From positions 1 to 45,771 of IMG/VR virus record IMGVR_UViG_3300022917_000003: 45,771 nucleotides of DNA; one strand, written 5' to 3'. The stretch comes from a virus. Its lineage: Duplodnaviria > Caudoviricetes. The notes under the pieces were generated by a model. That model was given only the letters and a program-made list of their open reading frames with translations. It was not told the origin of the DNA and ran no database searches. How positions within the stretch are numbered: position 1 is the first letter of the stretch; the number at the start of each line of letters is the position of its first letter. A program made the position numbers and the translations under genes. Of this stretch, positions 34,801-43,593 are shown in pieces.

Positions 34801-34960
34801 CGTCCCAGCCAAACGCTTGATTGGTGACGGGGGTTACTCCGAATTGATCGAAGGGGCCGCTTGCGGGTTTTTGCTGGAAAAGAAATTGCCCTGTGGTGGG
34901 CGGGGCTGCAAAAGCAAGAAAGACGCGGAACCAAGCAAGGAGAAAGATTAGCTGTTTCAT
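31817..34960 (-). CDS. Repeat-rich tail fibre-like protein with N-terminal signal-peptide-like segment
   Basis: Five QPLD(A/G)DLTA fibre motifs, G/S/T/A-rich; starts MKQLIFLLAWFRVFLAFA. Confidence 0.75.
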   Translation of the reverse strand: MKQLIFLLAWFRVFLAFAAPPTTGQFLFQQKPASGPFDQFGVTPVTNQAFGWDGSKVVMLSPSGGISWGGITGTLSSQTDLQSALNAKQSLTGTLALAGFGSITGTLPNSNLSGTVQLTTGTLALGTFGSITGTLADARLSANVQLKNGTLALAGFGSISGTLPTANLPATIPDGNISANVQLKDGTLALNGFGSVTGTLAAARIADLSATYLTVSAAASGYQPLDGDLTAISALSGTNTIYYRSAANTWTAVTIGSGLGFSGGSLSATNSGTVTSVALTVPSILSVTGSPITSSGALAISLADQSAHAILAGPTSGSAATPTFRALVATDIPDVSATYLTAATAATTYQPLDADLTALAALGGTNNIYYRSAANTWTTVAIGSGVSFSGGILSATGTGTVTSVGLTAPSIFAVGNSPIITSGDIAITLATQTANRVWAGPTTGSAATPTFRALVAGDIPDLSAVYLSASDAATTYQPLDADLTALAGLTGTNNIYYRSAANTWTSVTVGTNLSFSGGTLSGSGSVSSVALSLPAIFSVTGSPITSSGTLAVTLATQSANLVFAGPNTGSAAAPTFRVLVAADVPDISATYLTTAAATAGYQPLDGDLTALAALSGTNNIYYRSAANTWTSITVGTGLTFSAGTLSANTAGTVTSVALSLPAMFNVTGSPITSTGTLTAALANQVTKAVLIGPVSGSAAAPTFRILAATDIPDLSATYASLGQLASVQDTLQAQIDGKQPLDADLTALAALSGTNNIYYRSAANTWTSVTIGGNLSFSGGTLTGAGTIANTFTGAQVMSVAGTASTPAVKLSGTWFTGGTSTTTKPHLLVEGSGAASTNWSTDGTGIGVNAAVGFTGYLLDLQVNSTPIFQVGYDGNLQVSGSLNVPAGITVTGDSIIAGALTVTNGLVGTTAADNAPSGNVGQVVSSFITIASPVALTTATTANITSISLTAGDWDVSGLVSYSPSAATVTQKIGGINTTSATVPNDGSAVYSGAQLTTSSVLDSVTVPVKRVNVSSTTTVYLVGNATFSAGSVAGFGYIYARRVR
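32600..34330 (-). repeat. About 127-aa (about 381 nt) tandem coding repeats, 4 full + 1 partial
   Basis: Recurrent QPLD.DLTA..L.GTN.IYYRSAANTWT...VTSV.L..P..F.V.GSPI...GP..GSAA.PTFR. Confidence 0.9.
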
Positions 34961-35985
34961 ACTGTTTGTGTATAATAAGGAACCGCAACGTCAACGCCAC
35001 TGACTCTGACTTTAAAAAATCCCTGTACCGTATTCACACCTGGGACGTCTGTGGATGATCCAACTGGAAGGATTGGAGGACCGTCCGTTAAGTCCATTGG
35101 CTTATCGCCCTTCCAATAGACTCCATTAAACGAAATCTGCACATCCTCAGACGTAGGAGTAGGCGGCGTTACGATTTGCCGTAAAGTGAGCACCCCGCCG
35201 CCCGTCCCGCTGGCCGCGCCGATGGATACGGTTGTGTCATTGGTTCCGTCGCGAAACACTCCACTCGCTCCGGTGATTATGCCCGTCGTCGTGATGTTGT
35301 ACGCGCCCTGGGCGAGGAAGTGGCCGGCGCCATTCACTTTCCATTTTAATCCACTTCCACCGATGCCCAGTTGCACTTCACTCCCGGTCAAAAGGAGGGG
35401 CCTAAATGATCCGGTGCCGCTCTTGTCTGTGCCGAAAATAAATGTGTTGGCTATAGCGCTCCATGTCCCGGTGAACCATTCGCCGTTACCGTCGTCCGTG
35501 TACGTGTTGTAAATCTGAAACGTCTGAGGATTCGTGCCGTTGCGTTCTGCAATCGTATTGGCGTCGACTGCCACCAAGTTGGATGGAACACTGATGCTCA
35601 GCGCGGTCTTGAAATCAGCGGCAGACAGGAGCGTGACGGTATTGTCGGCGTTCACGCGAACGAACGTGATGGCGCCCGGATTCGCGAGTGCGACAAAAGC
35701 CGCGCCAACTGTTGTTGCCGTCTGCGAAAAATCATAAGCAGCTTTTCCACGATCACCACGATAAGCTGTGGAACTCGACTCACCAAGAGCGAGTGTCGAA
35801 TAATCCAAAGCAGGAATATCCCCCGCCGCCAGCAAGCGAAACGTGGGTGCTGCGTCAGCCCCGGAAGCGGGGCCAATCCAGACTACTTTAGCTGCTTGTG
35901 TACCGCCTAAGAAAGAAAGGGCGGCAGCCTTATCAGCGGACTGCATGAAAGACTTAATATCTTCGGAAGTAGTAATATTTGCCAT
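34957..35985 (-). CDS. Tail fibre-associated/structural protein
   Basis: Shares the GP.SG..AAPTFR.L.A.DIP unit with the downstream fibre; AYRGDRGK motif. Confidence 0.65.
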   Translation of the reverse strand: MANITTSEDIKSFMQSADKAAALSFLGGTQAAKVVWIGPASGADAAPTFRLLAAGDIPALDYSTLALGESSSTAYRGDRGKAAYDFSQTATTVGAAFVALANPGAITFVRVNADNTVTLLSAADFKTALSISVPSNLVAVDANTIAERNGTNPQTFQIYNTYTDDGNGEWFTGTWSAIANTFIFGTDKSGTGSFRPLLLTGSEVQLGIGGSGLKWKVNGAGHFLAQGAYNITTTGIITGASGVFRDGTNDTTVSIGAASGTGGGVLTLRQIVTPPTPTSEDVQISFNGVYWKGDKPMDLTDGPPILPVGSSTDVPGVNTVQGFFKVRVSGVDVAVPYYTQTV

Positions 35986-35986
35986 T

Positions 35987-36181
35987 TTAAGGAACTAGGT
36001 AAAGGGACACACCATCGGGTTGGAAATATTGAGACACGCCGTCAGGCTGAACGTATGTACCTGAACCCCCCGGAATTGCCAACAAAGGAATTTGACCTGC
36101 AAAGCCGCCAGCCAAAAACACGTTAAGGTAGTTCCCTTCCGTGACAGAAAAACCAATTAACTGTGGCGGGTTTGGGATCAT
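35987..36181 (-). CDS. Small hypothetical virion protein
   Basis: Tandem Y.QPDGVS repeat; tightly packed. Confidence 0.55.
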   Translation of the reverse strand: MIPNPPQLIGFSVTEGNYLNVFLAGGFAGQIPLLAIPGGSGTYVQPDGVSQYFQPDGVSLYLVP

Positions 36182-36278
36182 GGCACCAAATATGTTTTAA
36201 TCCCGTCAAGCCAAAAAGCAAGCTTACGCCGAAACGAGAGTTTTGGGTGCAACCAAATTGAGGGAGTGTGGCAATTTT

Positions 36279-37379
36279 TCATACAGCGTTCAAAGCAACT
36301 TCACCAATTAACGTACCATCTTGATAGACCAACAGGTAAGCTTGGTCATCTGAGATTGCGAAGGTTAGACCAGCCATCATGGGGGCGTCAATAACAATTG
36401 TCGCCGGCTGGTTAACAGGCATTTGCAACATGACATCTGCACTTGCAGCCATTTGCACCGTACCTCCTTTGGTGAGGATCACGGTCAGCTTAACCGTGGT
36501 GAACTGCAAACCATCTAACAATTCACGAATGCCTGTAGAGCTAAGCGCAAGATTGCCTTGCGAGAAAGGCAGGATAACCAAATTGCCCCCAACGGATGCT
36601 GTGATTACGTCATCAACGAAAGCGACGTAAAATCCTCCTGTACCATCGGAGGCGACACCAGCGGGCTTTCCGAGGATAGCAAGCACCCGTTCAATGTCAT
36701 ACGCACACGCAAAGAAAGAAACATATCCACTCGTATCTCCATCAACCGTAAGAGTGAAAAACCCCGCGTATGCCGACTGGTCCAAAACAAGTTGCCAAAG
36801 CTTTCCTGATACTTGTGTAAACGCGCTAACGGGGGCGGTGTCGCCTGCGCTCCAATTGGCGGGAACGATACGCGAGGGGGCAACCTCCAAAACCTCAATG
36901 CGATACTGCGCGGGGGTTGAAGCTGTGCCGGGCGTGATCTGGAAAACCAGCACATCGGAAAGGGTGTTACCTTGAAACGTGGCTGTAGGAAGTTCCCAGA
37001 TACCCCCAGAGGCTAGAGTGACGATGTAGGAACCATTGCCCCCTTCTACAGTCGTATTAGCTGGAAAAGCTCCTCCCATTAATGCCGTCGCCACTTCATT
37101 AGCTGAAGCGCGCGAAGCAATGGCTAGGGATGTGCCTGCCGTAGTGGTCAACCGCCAAAACCCTAGAGTTGGTCGCGTGTTTGGTGGACCTACTTGCAAA
37201 CTAATTTGGTACGTCGATAAATCCTCTGCCACCAAAGAACCATTTTGCGCTTTTCTCCACGCACGCAAATTGATTGGCTCAGTCATCCCGAACACAAGCG
37301 GCGGAAGGAACAAAGGGGCATCCTGCCTACCCGGTCCTACAATAAACCGTCCTTCGTCAATGAGCGCGTTGAGATTCAT
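36279..37379 (-). CDS. Tail tip/baseplate structural protein
   Basis: 366-aa beta-rich ORF in tail module. Confidence 0.6.
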   Translation of the reverse strand: MNLNALIDEGRFIVGPGRQDAPLFLPPLVFGMTEPINLRAWRKAQNGSLVAEDLSTYQISLQVGPPNTRPTLGFWRLTTTAGTSLAIASRASANEVATALMGGAFPANTTVEGGNGSYIVTLASGGIWELPTATFQGNTLSDVLVFQITPGTASTPAQYRIEVLEVAPSRIVPANWSAGDTAPVSAFTQVSGKLWQLVLDQSAYAGFFTLTVDGDTSGYVSFFACAYDIERVLAILGKPAGVASDGTGGFYVAFVDDVITASVGGNLVILPFSQGNLALSSTGIRELLDGLQFTTVKLTVILTKGGTVQMAASADVMLQMPVNQPATIVIDAPMMAGLTFAISDDQAYLLVYQDGTLIGEVALNAV

Positions 37380-37381
37380 AG

Positions 37382-37843
37382 CTAAATGAACACACCTTCA
37401 GGCTGTTTGACAACTGGCTTTGCCTTCTCCTTAGGCTGAACAAGCACTCCCGAAGTAGACTCACTGCCGGGTAGCTGCATAGCGATAGGCATAACTTCAA
37501 CGTCTTTCCCGATTGGAGCAGCACCAAGGATCGGGCTAACTTGGCGAGGGGACACATAACCAATGTCGTTGAGAAATTGCCGTCCTTTTACCGCGATTGC
37601 TTCCATCTCCTCAAATTCATCCAAACTCTCTTTCAACTCTTCGGGTGTGTAATGGAATCTCTCCCCTCCGTTAACACCCGGTTGCAGCATTAGCCCCAGC
37701 TTCGTCTCTGTCTCCGCGTCCATTACCAAGCGTTCAAATATGTCGAGAGTTTGGCTAATCTGTCCTTGCTTCCGTGGGCGAAAAAACTGAAGTAGGACAT
37801 CCACTTTTGAAATTCTACGGGAGACGAAAGACGATTTTTCCAT
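37382..37843 (-). CDS. Hypothetical protein
   Basis: ORF in late orientation; possible own promoter TTGACA(37884-37879)-N17-TAGAAA. Confidence 0.55.
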   Translation of the reverse strand: MEKSSFVSRRISKVDVLLQFFRPRKQGQISQTLDIFERLVMDAETETKLGLMLQPGVNGGERFHYTPEELKESLDEFEEMEAIAVKGRQFLNDIGYVSPRQVSPILGAAPIGKDVEVMPIAMQLPGSESTSGVLVQPKEKAKPVVKQPEGVFI

Positions 37844-37880
37844 GAGAGAGGTACGTTTCTAGCTGAACTGATGGGTATTG

Positions 37881-39323
37881 TCAATCATAACCCAACGCGG
37901 CAACGGCGGGGTCTTCCACCGTGGGAATGCTTATGCAAAGCAGCTGATTGGGCTTACACTTCACGGAGGTAATGACTACCTCAGTATCGTCATTTTCTGA
38001 GTTTTCCCATGGGCTTTCCAATGGGGGGAATGGTTCATCCGGCTCTGTGGAAGGTCTACCTCCGAAAATGATATTAGCATCGTCCGCTTGAATGAGTGTA
38101 TTGTTAGATAGTGAAAACCCGCCAACTACATCACCTGTTACCAGTTTTCGCTTGGTGTACTCCGTAATAGTCGTCAGCACTACCGTTTGCCCTGGTCCTC
38201 CTAATACGGTGTTGAATGGGCCGGTGTTCCCTGCATACTTGGTAGTCCGTACACGCTCATAGTGGACTTCCTGCTTACAAAGCCACTGACGATGAACAAT
38301 TGTGTTCTTAGGGACGTGTCCGCTAACCCCATTAACCAATTGCAGCCCAAGCGCATCCTCGACTGCACTCTTTAGCGTATCGGTTTCGTAGACGTTAACT
38401 AGCTCAGTGTATAACGTCTTTTCCTTGGGATCACCTCGACAAATAAACTTCTCAGTCATCAAGCGGGTATTGCCTGTATCTCCTGGAAAAGTTATCTCCC
38501 CAAACGTAAGTGACTTATTGATTTCGAGATATGGAGTAGACGCGTAATGGTCCTTCCTCAAATCATTTGACAAATTATCGTTATACTCGCCAGCCGGATC
38601 ACCAACATACTGATTTGCTGGTGTGGGCGGTACTTCATCAAAAGACTGTGTGCCGTTGTAAATTTTTGGTGGAATCGTGGGAGTGCACCCTAGACTACCG
38701 CCGGAGATAACGGATTCCCTTCGGTATATGACAACCGCTGGCGAGTCCTTTGTGTACTGCCTAAATCCTTTCTTTCTCAAATAGGCTGCCTGCCTCTCAA
38801 AGCCAAATCCAAGGTCAACACCGCCCCCGCCCGGTCCTCCCACCATACTGGATTGCTGCCCTACACTGCACGGCAGAAAGTAAAAGTCGGTAGTAAATGT
38901 GGGCTCAGTTGCGGGAATTTCGATTGTCTGCACTTCCCCAAACGTAGAAACCGTGTAGCTAGGTGTCGTGTCGGTGTTCTCCTCAAAGATTTGTCTATAG
39001 CGCAACACACAAGGTCCACCTTTGGTGTTATCAATTTCTATCTTTACCCTAACCTGTTGCTCTGCACCTCCCTGTGCGGGGTCAGAGTTAAAAGCAGTGT
39101 AGGCACCACCCAACCACTCTCCCGATGTGCCGAAGGTGTAATCAGACCACTCACTAAACGGCCCCGCCCCCGTACCATCGAATACACGAATGCGGGTGCT
39201 AAATCCGATTCGGATTAAAACAGAATTAGGACACGCATTTGCGCAAGCGTCCGCAACCGCTTCAAACGTTCCTCCGATGTTCGGGTCTGTCTGAAGAAAT
39301 GGTTGATTAGGAACACAACTCAT
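37881..39323 (-). CDS. Cys-containing tail protein
   Basis: 480 aa with 10 Cys, third gene after the tape measure. Confidence 0.6.
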   Translation of the reverse strand: MSCVPNQPFLQTDPNIGGTFEAVADACANACPNSVLIRIGFSTRIRVFDGTGAGPFSEWSDYTFGTSGEWLGGAYTAFNSDPAQGGAEQQVRVKIEIDNTKGGPCVLRYRQIFEENTDTTPSYTVSTFGEVQTIEIPATEPTFTTDFYFLPCSVGQQSSMVGGPGGGGVDLGFGFERQAAYLRKKGFRQYTKDSPAVVIYRRESVISGGSLGCTPTIPPKIYNGTQSFDEVPPTPANQYVGDPAGEYNDNLSNDLRKDHYASTPYLEINKSLTFGEITFPGDTGNTRLMTEKFICRGDPKEKTLYTELVNVYETDTLKSAVEDALGLQLVNGVSGHVPKNTIVHRQWLCKQEVHYERVRTTKYAGNTGPFNTVLGGPGQTVVLTTITEYTKRKLVTGDVVGGFSLSNNTLIQADDANIIFGGRPSTEPDEPFPPLESPWENSENDDTEVVITSVKCKPNQLLCISIPTVEDPAVAALGYD

Positions 39324-39907
39324 GGATTTTCAGCGGGTAACTCCGGTGGAGGCGTTTGCGAAGGACCCCAGAACATACGCAACAAAACTCTTTCGCAGGA
39401 CATGCCGACAACAATCGGGGTTACTTCCAAACCCCCAATGCGATAGGCAATTGCCTGTGTAATCTTACCTTTTTCCGTGGAGAACTTCCACAAGGCGCGA
39501 GAACTTGTTGGGGGTGCAACCCCTAACGAGCCTGCGGGGTCCACTCCGGGCAATACTCCATTAACAGATAATTCCGCAGAAGTCACAACCCCGTCAACGT
39601 CATTGTTGGTTGTGCAAATCAGGTAATTATCTGCGTCATCGTCAAGGTCAAACACGCTCCCCATATTGTCTGGGATGATATTGGAATTAATCTGCCCTTC
39701 GTACAATTTGACCTTAATTGTTTCATCATCGGTTTTTACCAATGACCAATCAAAACCGAAGGTAGTCGAACGGGTTGCGGGAGACGCGGAAGACCTACGG
39801 GCAAGGCTGATAAGAAAGCTAGTTCCAGACCCGCTAACGAAAAAGTCTTTTCGGTCGAATCGAAATAAGTCGTAAAGGACTCTCCGTAAGGTGTTCGCGT
39901 CAAGCAT
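39320..39907 (-). CDS. Tail protein
   Basis: Coupled ORF in the post-TMP block. Confidence 0.55.
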   Translation of the reverse strand: MLDANTLRRVLYDLFRFDRKDFFVSGSGTSFLISLARRSSASPATRSTTFGFDWSLVKTDDETIKVKLYEGQINSNIIPDNMGSVFDLDDDADNYLICTTNNDVDGVVTSAELSVNGVLPGVDPAGSLGVAPPTSSRALWKFSTEKGKITQAIAYRIGGLEVTPIVVGMSCERVLLRMFWGPSQTPPPELPAENP

Positions 39908-39911
39908 AGGA

Positions 39912-40625
39912 TTACCCTCCGTAAGCCTCTTGCAGCCACTTCCGGGGACCGCTTAGCATGCCCGTCTTCTGTGTCTTGTAATACACGTTAGCGATGTTCT
40001 GAACCCGCACACCCGTATTGAGCCAATTACGTGTACCGGGGAGAATGGGGAGCGGGATACCCGGGTCAATCACCCGCCCGATGGAAGCGATTTCCTCTGA
40101 AGTGGGGTAGCTCAGTTCAACCGTAGTGCTCGTGTACGTCTCTTGCGGCATCAAGTAACTACGGAGCCCCGCAAATCTGCTTGGAAGCTGTGTAGGCTCA
40201 TCAGGGTCAACTACGGGAAACCCAAGGAATTCGCCTGTGGTCTGGTCATAGTATGCACCATGTAACGGGGCGGTGGGGGTCCCGCCGATCTGGTTTACAA
40301 ATTCGGGGTTGGACTCAATCGGTTCTTGCGAAGTCGTGAAGTCAACCGCAATGTCCAGCACTCCCGATGAACTGGTGAAGGACATATCTTTCCCCTCATA
40401 GTGCAAATCAATTTTGACATGGCTGCATTGCGTGCCGGTCGTCGTAATACGTAGAGAAAGCAGAACAACCCCAGGATAGTCCGAAGAAGACTCCCCTTGA
40501 GAAAAAGGAATTGGGCCGCTTAGGACACCAGAATATGAAACATCATACGTGGCAAAACTTGACTGCTCAACGTTGTAAACGCCACCCGGCTCTTTTGTCA
40601 GACCAGATAAACCGAATTGCGACAT
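39912..40625 (-). CDS. Distal tail/hub-like protein
   Basis: Directly after tape measure; SQEPIESNPEF motif. Confidence 0.55.
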   Translation of the reverse strand: MSQFGLSGLTKEPGGVYNVEQSSFATYDVSYSGVLSGPIPFSQGESSSDYPGVVLLSLRITTTGTQCSHVKIDLHYEGKDMSFTSSSGVLDIAVDFTTSQEPIESNPEFVNQIGGTPTAPLHGAYYDQTTGEFLGFPVVDPDEPTQLPSRFAGLRSYLMPQETYTSTTVELSYPTSEEIASIGRVIDPGIPLPILPGTRNWLNTGVRVQNIANVYYKTQKTGMLSGPRKWLQEAYGG

Positions 40626-40626
40626 G

Positions 40627-41994
40627 TTAGTTACTGGCTATGGGTGAATTAGTTTGCGTGCGCGTAACCGAATCTGGGGCAGAACGGAGATACTTGTTAG
40701 CATAATCGGCAAGCGCCTGTCTTCCGGTCAGAGCTTCAAGCATTTGTTCTTGGACGCGTAATTGACTTTTCTGGATGTCCAGCACACTGAGCCCCAATGA
40801 AACGCCACCACCTGCGCCAATAGCTGCCAAGGAATCCGCCCCAAAGGTTGGACGGCGGGAATTATTCTCGTACGTAGTCGGGGGATTAGCTGCAAGACCG
40901 CTGTTGTATTTAGACAAAACCTCAGGAATTGAAGTAGTAAACTTTTCGATCATAGCGGCTAGGTCGTCGCTTTGCTTAAATTCGCCTGTCCCATTTCTTG
41001 TCATTATTCTTTCAATTGCTTCCGAAATGTTTTCCACCGGAGTTTTAGAGGAACCTGCATACCCTCCTTTAGCATCGGTCGGAATGAATGAGTTGTTTTC
41101 CCTGTTGTACGTATTCGCGTCCGCTTCTGCTTGGGATATGAGATGTAACCTAGCCATTAATTGATCTACCTTGGCTAGCATGGCATTCATAATCGTCTGA
41201 ATGTCCACAAAAAAGCTGACAAATGCGCTCCCCATAGCGTCCCCAAATGATTTAGCAAAAATCTCCACTTCCTTCCATGCGGCTTTTAATCCGTCCTCCA
41301 CCCCGGCTAAAAGGGATTCTGAGAACATGAATTTGAGCACATCAAACCCGATGCCCGCCAACCAGTTAAGCCGCTCACCAGCATACTTAAAAGCAATCTC
41401 GAATCCCTCTTTAAGCTTGCCCCACAACTGCCCATCTTCCGCAAGTTGATAGATGACCTTAAAAGCATTTGCGATGGACTCTCCAAAAGCTTGCCCCGCT
41501 GACACCAGATTAGCCGCTAGTGCCCCGTCTAGGAGCTTGGATAGCACAGGGGCAAGCCTCTCCACCAACCCAAGCCAGAAGCCGCGAATCTTCTCGCCGA
41601 CCACCCACAGCTTAATGGACACATCCCGAAACAAGTTGGCAGAGCGATTTAACACCTGCGCATTTTCTCCAATGAGCTTTCCAACGGTGCCCAGACTCAA
41701 ACCCTTTTCGACTGCATTGTTGAATAGGTAAAACTGCCCGGCCGCAATCTGCGCTTTGTGCCCGGCGTTCGCCATGTTTTCACCTAGATCAAGAATAGAG
41801 TCAATCGTCTCTAAAATAGCACCCACTGACTTGATCCCCGCATATGCAGCAATTGCGCCTCCCGCAATTTTGAATGCGGAAGAAACAGTTGAAGACATGC
41901 TCTGCGCGGCCTTCTTAATAGCAGCCGCACCCTTCTCAAAGTTGGAAGAGTCAAGCGTTACGCGTGCGCGTGCTTCGCTGGTGCGGGTTGCCAT
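40627..41994 (-). CDS. Tape measure protein (short, 455 aa)
   Basis: VTLDSSNFEKG N-terminus, Ala/Gly-rich helical body, ADSLAAIGAGG C-terminal motif. Confidence 0.75.
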   Translation of the reverse strand: MATRTSEARARVTLDSSNFEKGAAAIKKAAQSMSSTVSSAFKIAGGAIAAYAGIKSVGAILETIDSILDLGENMANAGHKAQIAAGQFYLFNNAVEKGLSLGTVGKLIGENAQVLNRSANLFRDVSIKLWVVGEKIRGFWLGLVERLAPVLSKLLDGALAANLVSAGQAFGESIANAFKVIYQLAEDGQLWGKLKEGFEIAFKYAGERLNWLAGIGFDVLKFMFSESLLAGVEDGLKAAWKEVEIFAKSFGDAMGSAFVSFFVDIQTIMNAMLAKVDQLMARLHLISQAEADANTYNRENNSFIPTDAKGGYAGSSKTPVENISEAIERIMTRNGTGEFKQSDDLAAMIEKFTTSIPEVLSKYNSGLAANPPTTYENNSRRPTFGADSLAAIGAGGGVSLGLSVLDIQKSQLRVQEQMLEALTGRQALADYANKYLRSAPDSVTRTQTNSPIASN

Positions 41995-42299
41995 TACTGG
42001 ATTATGCCTTTCTTGGTCAAAGGTTCAAGCGTTAAGTGCGGAGCCCAAAGCGGCTTGCCTAACTCCTTGTTCACATAGTCATGCAAACAAGTTCCCCATT
42101 GGATGAACCCTGTACCAAACTCAACGGGCCATTTCTCCATAAACCACTCGACTTTCTTAAAGCAAGTTGTGCATCCCATGTTGAACTTTACCCGCCGCAA
42201 CCATTGCTCAAAAGCAATCCTCTGCCCCTTGACATGCATGCGAGGCATTATGTGGTGTAACTGTTCCCACAAAATGCGACCTGTAATAGCTTCCATCAT
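41994..42299 (-). CDS. Erv1/Alr-family FAD-dependent sulfhydryl oxidase-like protein
   Basis: G..LW..LH, CTTC redox pair, W...LHDYVNKELGKP match the Erv/ALR motif order. Confidence 0.75.
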   Translation of the reverse strand: MMEAITGRILWEQLHHIMPRMHVKGQRIAFEQWLRRVKFNMGCTTCFKKVEWFMEKWPVEFGTGFIQWGTCLHDYVNKELGKPLWAPHLTLEPLTKKGIIQ

Positions 42300-42868
42300 A
42301 GCCCATTCCTCCGGGCTACCTCATTTTCTTTTTTGCAGATGTAAGCAACCATATCGGCGGTTTCCAAGTCAAGGGCTCGCTGTTCATCGGTCTGAACCTT
42401 GTTTTGCGTGAAAGCTGCCCCTGGTTGGGAATTAACCAATGTCTCAGACATGTTATTCCCCCCAAGCCTCTCCTCTAGCTTGCCCCGCCGTGGTCCTGTG
42501 CGCCTCTCTGTGTCCCTTGGATTTCCTCCAAGGGCAATGACAGAGGGGAACCACCCTGTAGCGGTAAAGCCCTTGGCGCTTCTACGCGCGCGAAGCTCAG
42601 CTTGAATCATTCGTTGCCTCGTCCACCGGACTCCACGCTTGGCAAGGATTTTGGGGCGAATCTTAACCCGAACGCCAAGCGAGTTGACTTTTGCTGTTAT
42701 GTTAGCAAGCACAACCCCTTTTTGCTTGTAAATCTTTACCAGCCTAAGCCCGACATTCTTTGCCCTTCTCCGAAGCTCCTTTTTAGGTTCTACGTTCTTT
42801 TTCAAGTCAAGGTAACGCTTCAGCCCCCGCTGAAAATCTCGATCATCCCAGATAGCAGGCTCGCTCAT
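42296..42868 (-). CDS. Basic tail completion/neck protein (HK97 gp10-like)
   Basis: Very K/R-rich 190-aa protein in tail module. Confidence 0.5.
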   Translation of the reverse strand: MSEPAIWDDRDFQRGLKRYLDLKKNVEPKKELRRRAKNVGLRLVKIYKQKGVVLANITAKVNSLGVRVKIRPKILAKRGVRWTRQRMIQAELRARRSAKGFTATGWFPSVIALGGNPRDTERRTGPRRGKLEERLGGNNMSETLVNSQPGAAFTQNKVQTDEQRALDLETADMVAYICKKENEVARRNGL

Positions 42869-43098
42869 CGAAAATTCCCAATTAAGATTTCCCGCGCCCT
42901 TCGCACATCGGAGGCAAAACCATTTTGCGCTTCATCCGCCCAAACAGTTTTAGCCCCATCAGAAAAGCCAATTGCATGAATAATGGCATACCCTTTGGCG
43001 GTTCCCATCTGGCATAAAATGAATTCTTCATTGCCCCCATATTTAGGCAGAAGCGCAGTGAGGTATTGAGCTAACCAATGGGGGCTTGCGCTTTTGGG
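42865..43098 (-). CDS. -1 frameshift extension of tail assembly chaperone (gpGT-like)
   Basis: Slippery C CCA AAA at 43098-43092; -1 frame open for 77 codons, ending in an ATGA overlap with the next gene. Confidence 0.75.
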   Translation of the reverse strand, partial: PKSASPHWLAQYLTALLPKYGGNEEFILCQMGTAKGYAIIHAIGFSDGAKTVWADEAQNGFASDVRRAREILIGNFR

Positions 43099-43592
43099 CA
43101 GTCCGGCCCTTTCATTTCGACCTTAGGCGCTTCTTCGGATTCGTCCTTTACTGCCCTAGTCTTGGAGAGCAATTCAAGTTGTTTTGCAATATGCACCGTA
43201 GCTTCTGCCATTTGGTCTGTAGTAGCTTCACAAAGCAAATCCAATGCAGCATCCTCAAGCAAAGCCGGGTTCACCGCATACTTTTTCAGTAATTGGTTGC
43301 TGCACGACCACAGGATGAGCACTTCCGCAGTTTTTGCCATCATCATGAGAGCAAAGTCGCTATTGGAGGTTAGCTGTGTCCCATCGGGGGCAAATTCAAT
43401 GCCTACAGCATCAAACCCTTTACGTCCTGTCAGGTAAGGGTTGTTTGCCTTCTGCAACGCCAGGATGACGAGCGGAGCCGTTCCACGGATGCACTTGATA
43501 CCCTTGGGCAATGGGGTTTCGTCAAGCAAAGCCTCTGCAACTAATTCCTCTCGCCGTTCTTCAGAAATTGATTCTTGGTTAAGTATTGGCAT
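43071..43592 (-). CDS. Tail assembly chaperone (gpG-like)
   Basis: Acidic helical protein with a slippery site near its 3' end. Confidence 0.7.
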   Translation of the reverse strand: MPILNQESISEERREELVAEALLDETPLPKGIKCIRGTAPLVILALQKANNPYLTGRKGFDAVGIEFAPDGTQLTSNSDFALMMMAKTAEVLILWSCSNQLLKKYAVNPALLEDAALDLLCEATTDQMAEATVHIAKQLELLSKTRAVKDESEEAPKVEMKGPDCPKAQAPIG

Positions 43593-43593
43593 G

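Noticed and set aside
32115-35737. Multiple plus-strand ORFs opposite the fibre genes
   Set aside because: Shadow ORFs from G/S/T/A codon bias on the coding strand; same for most antisense ORFs in the track
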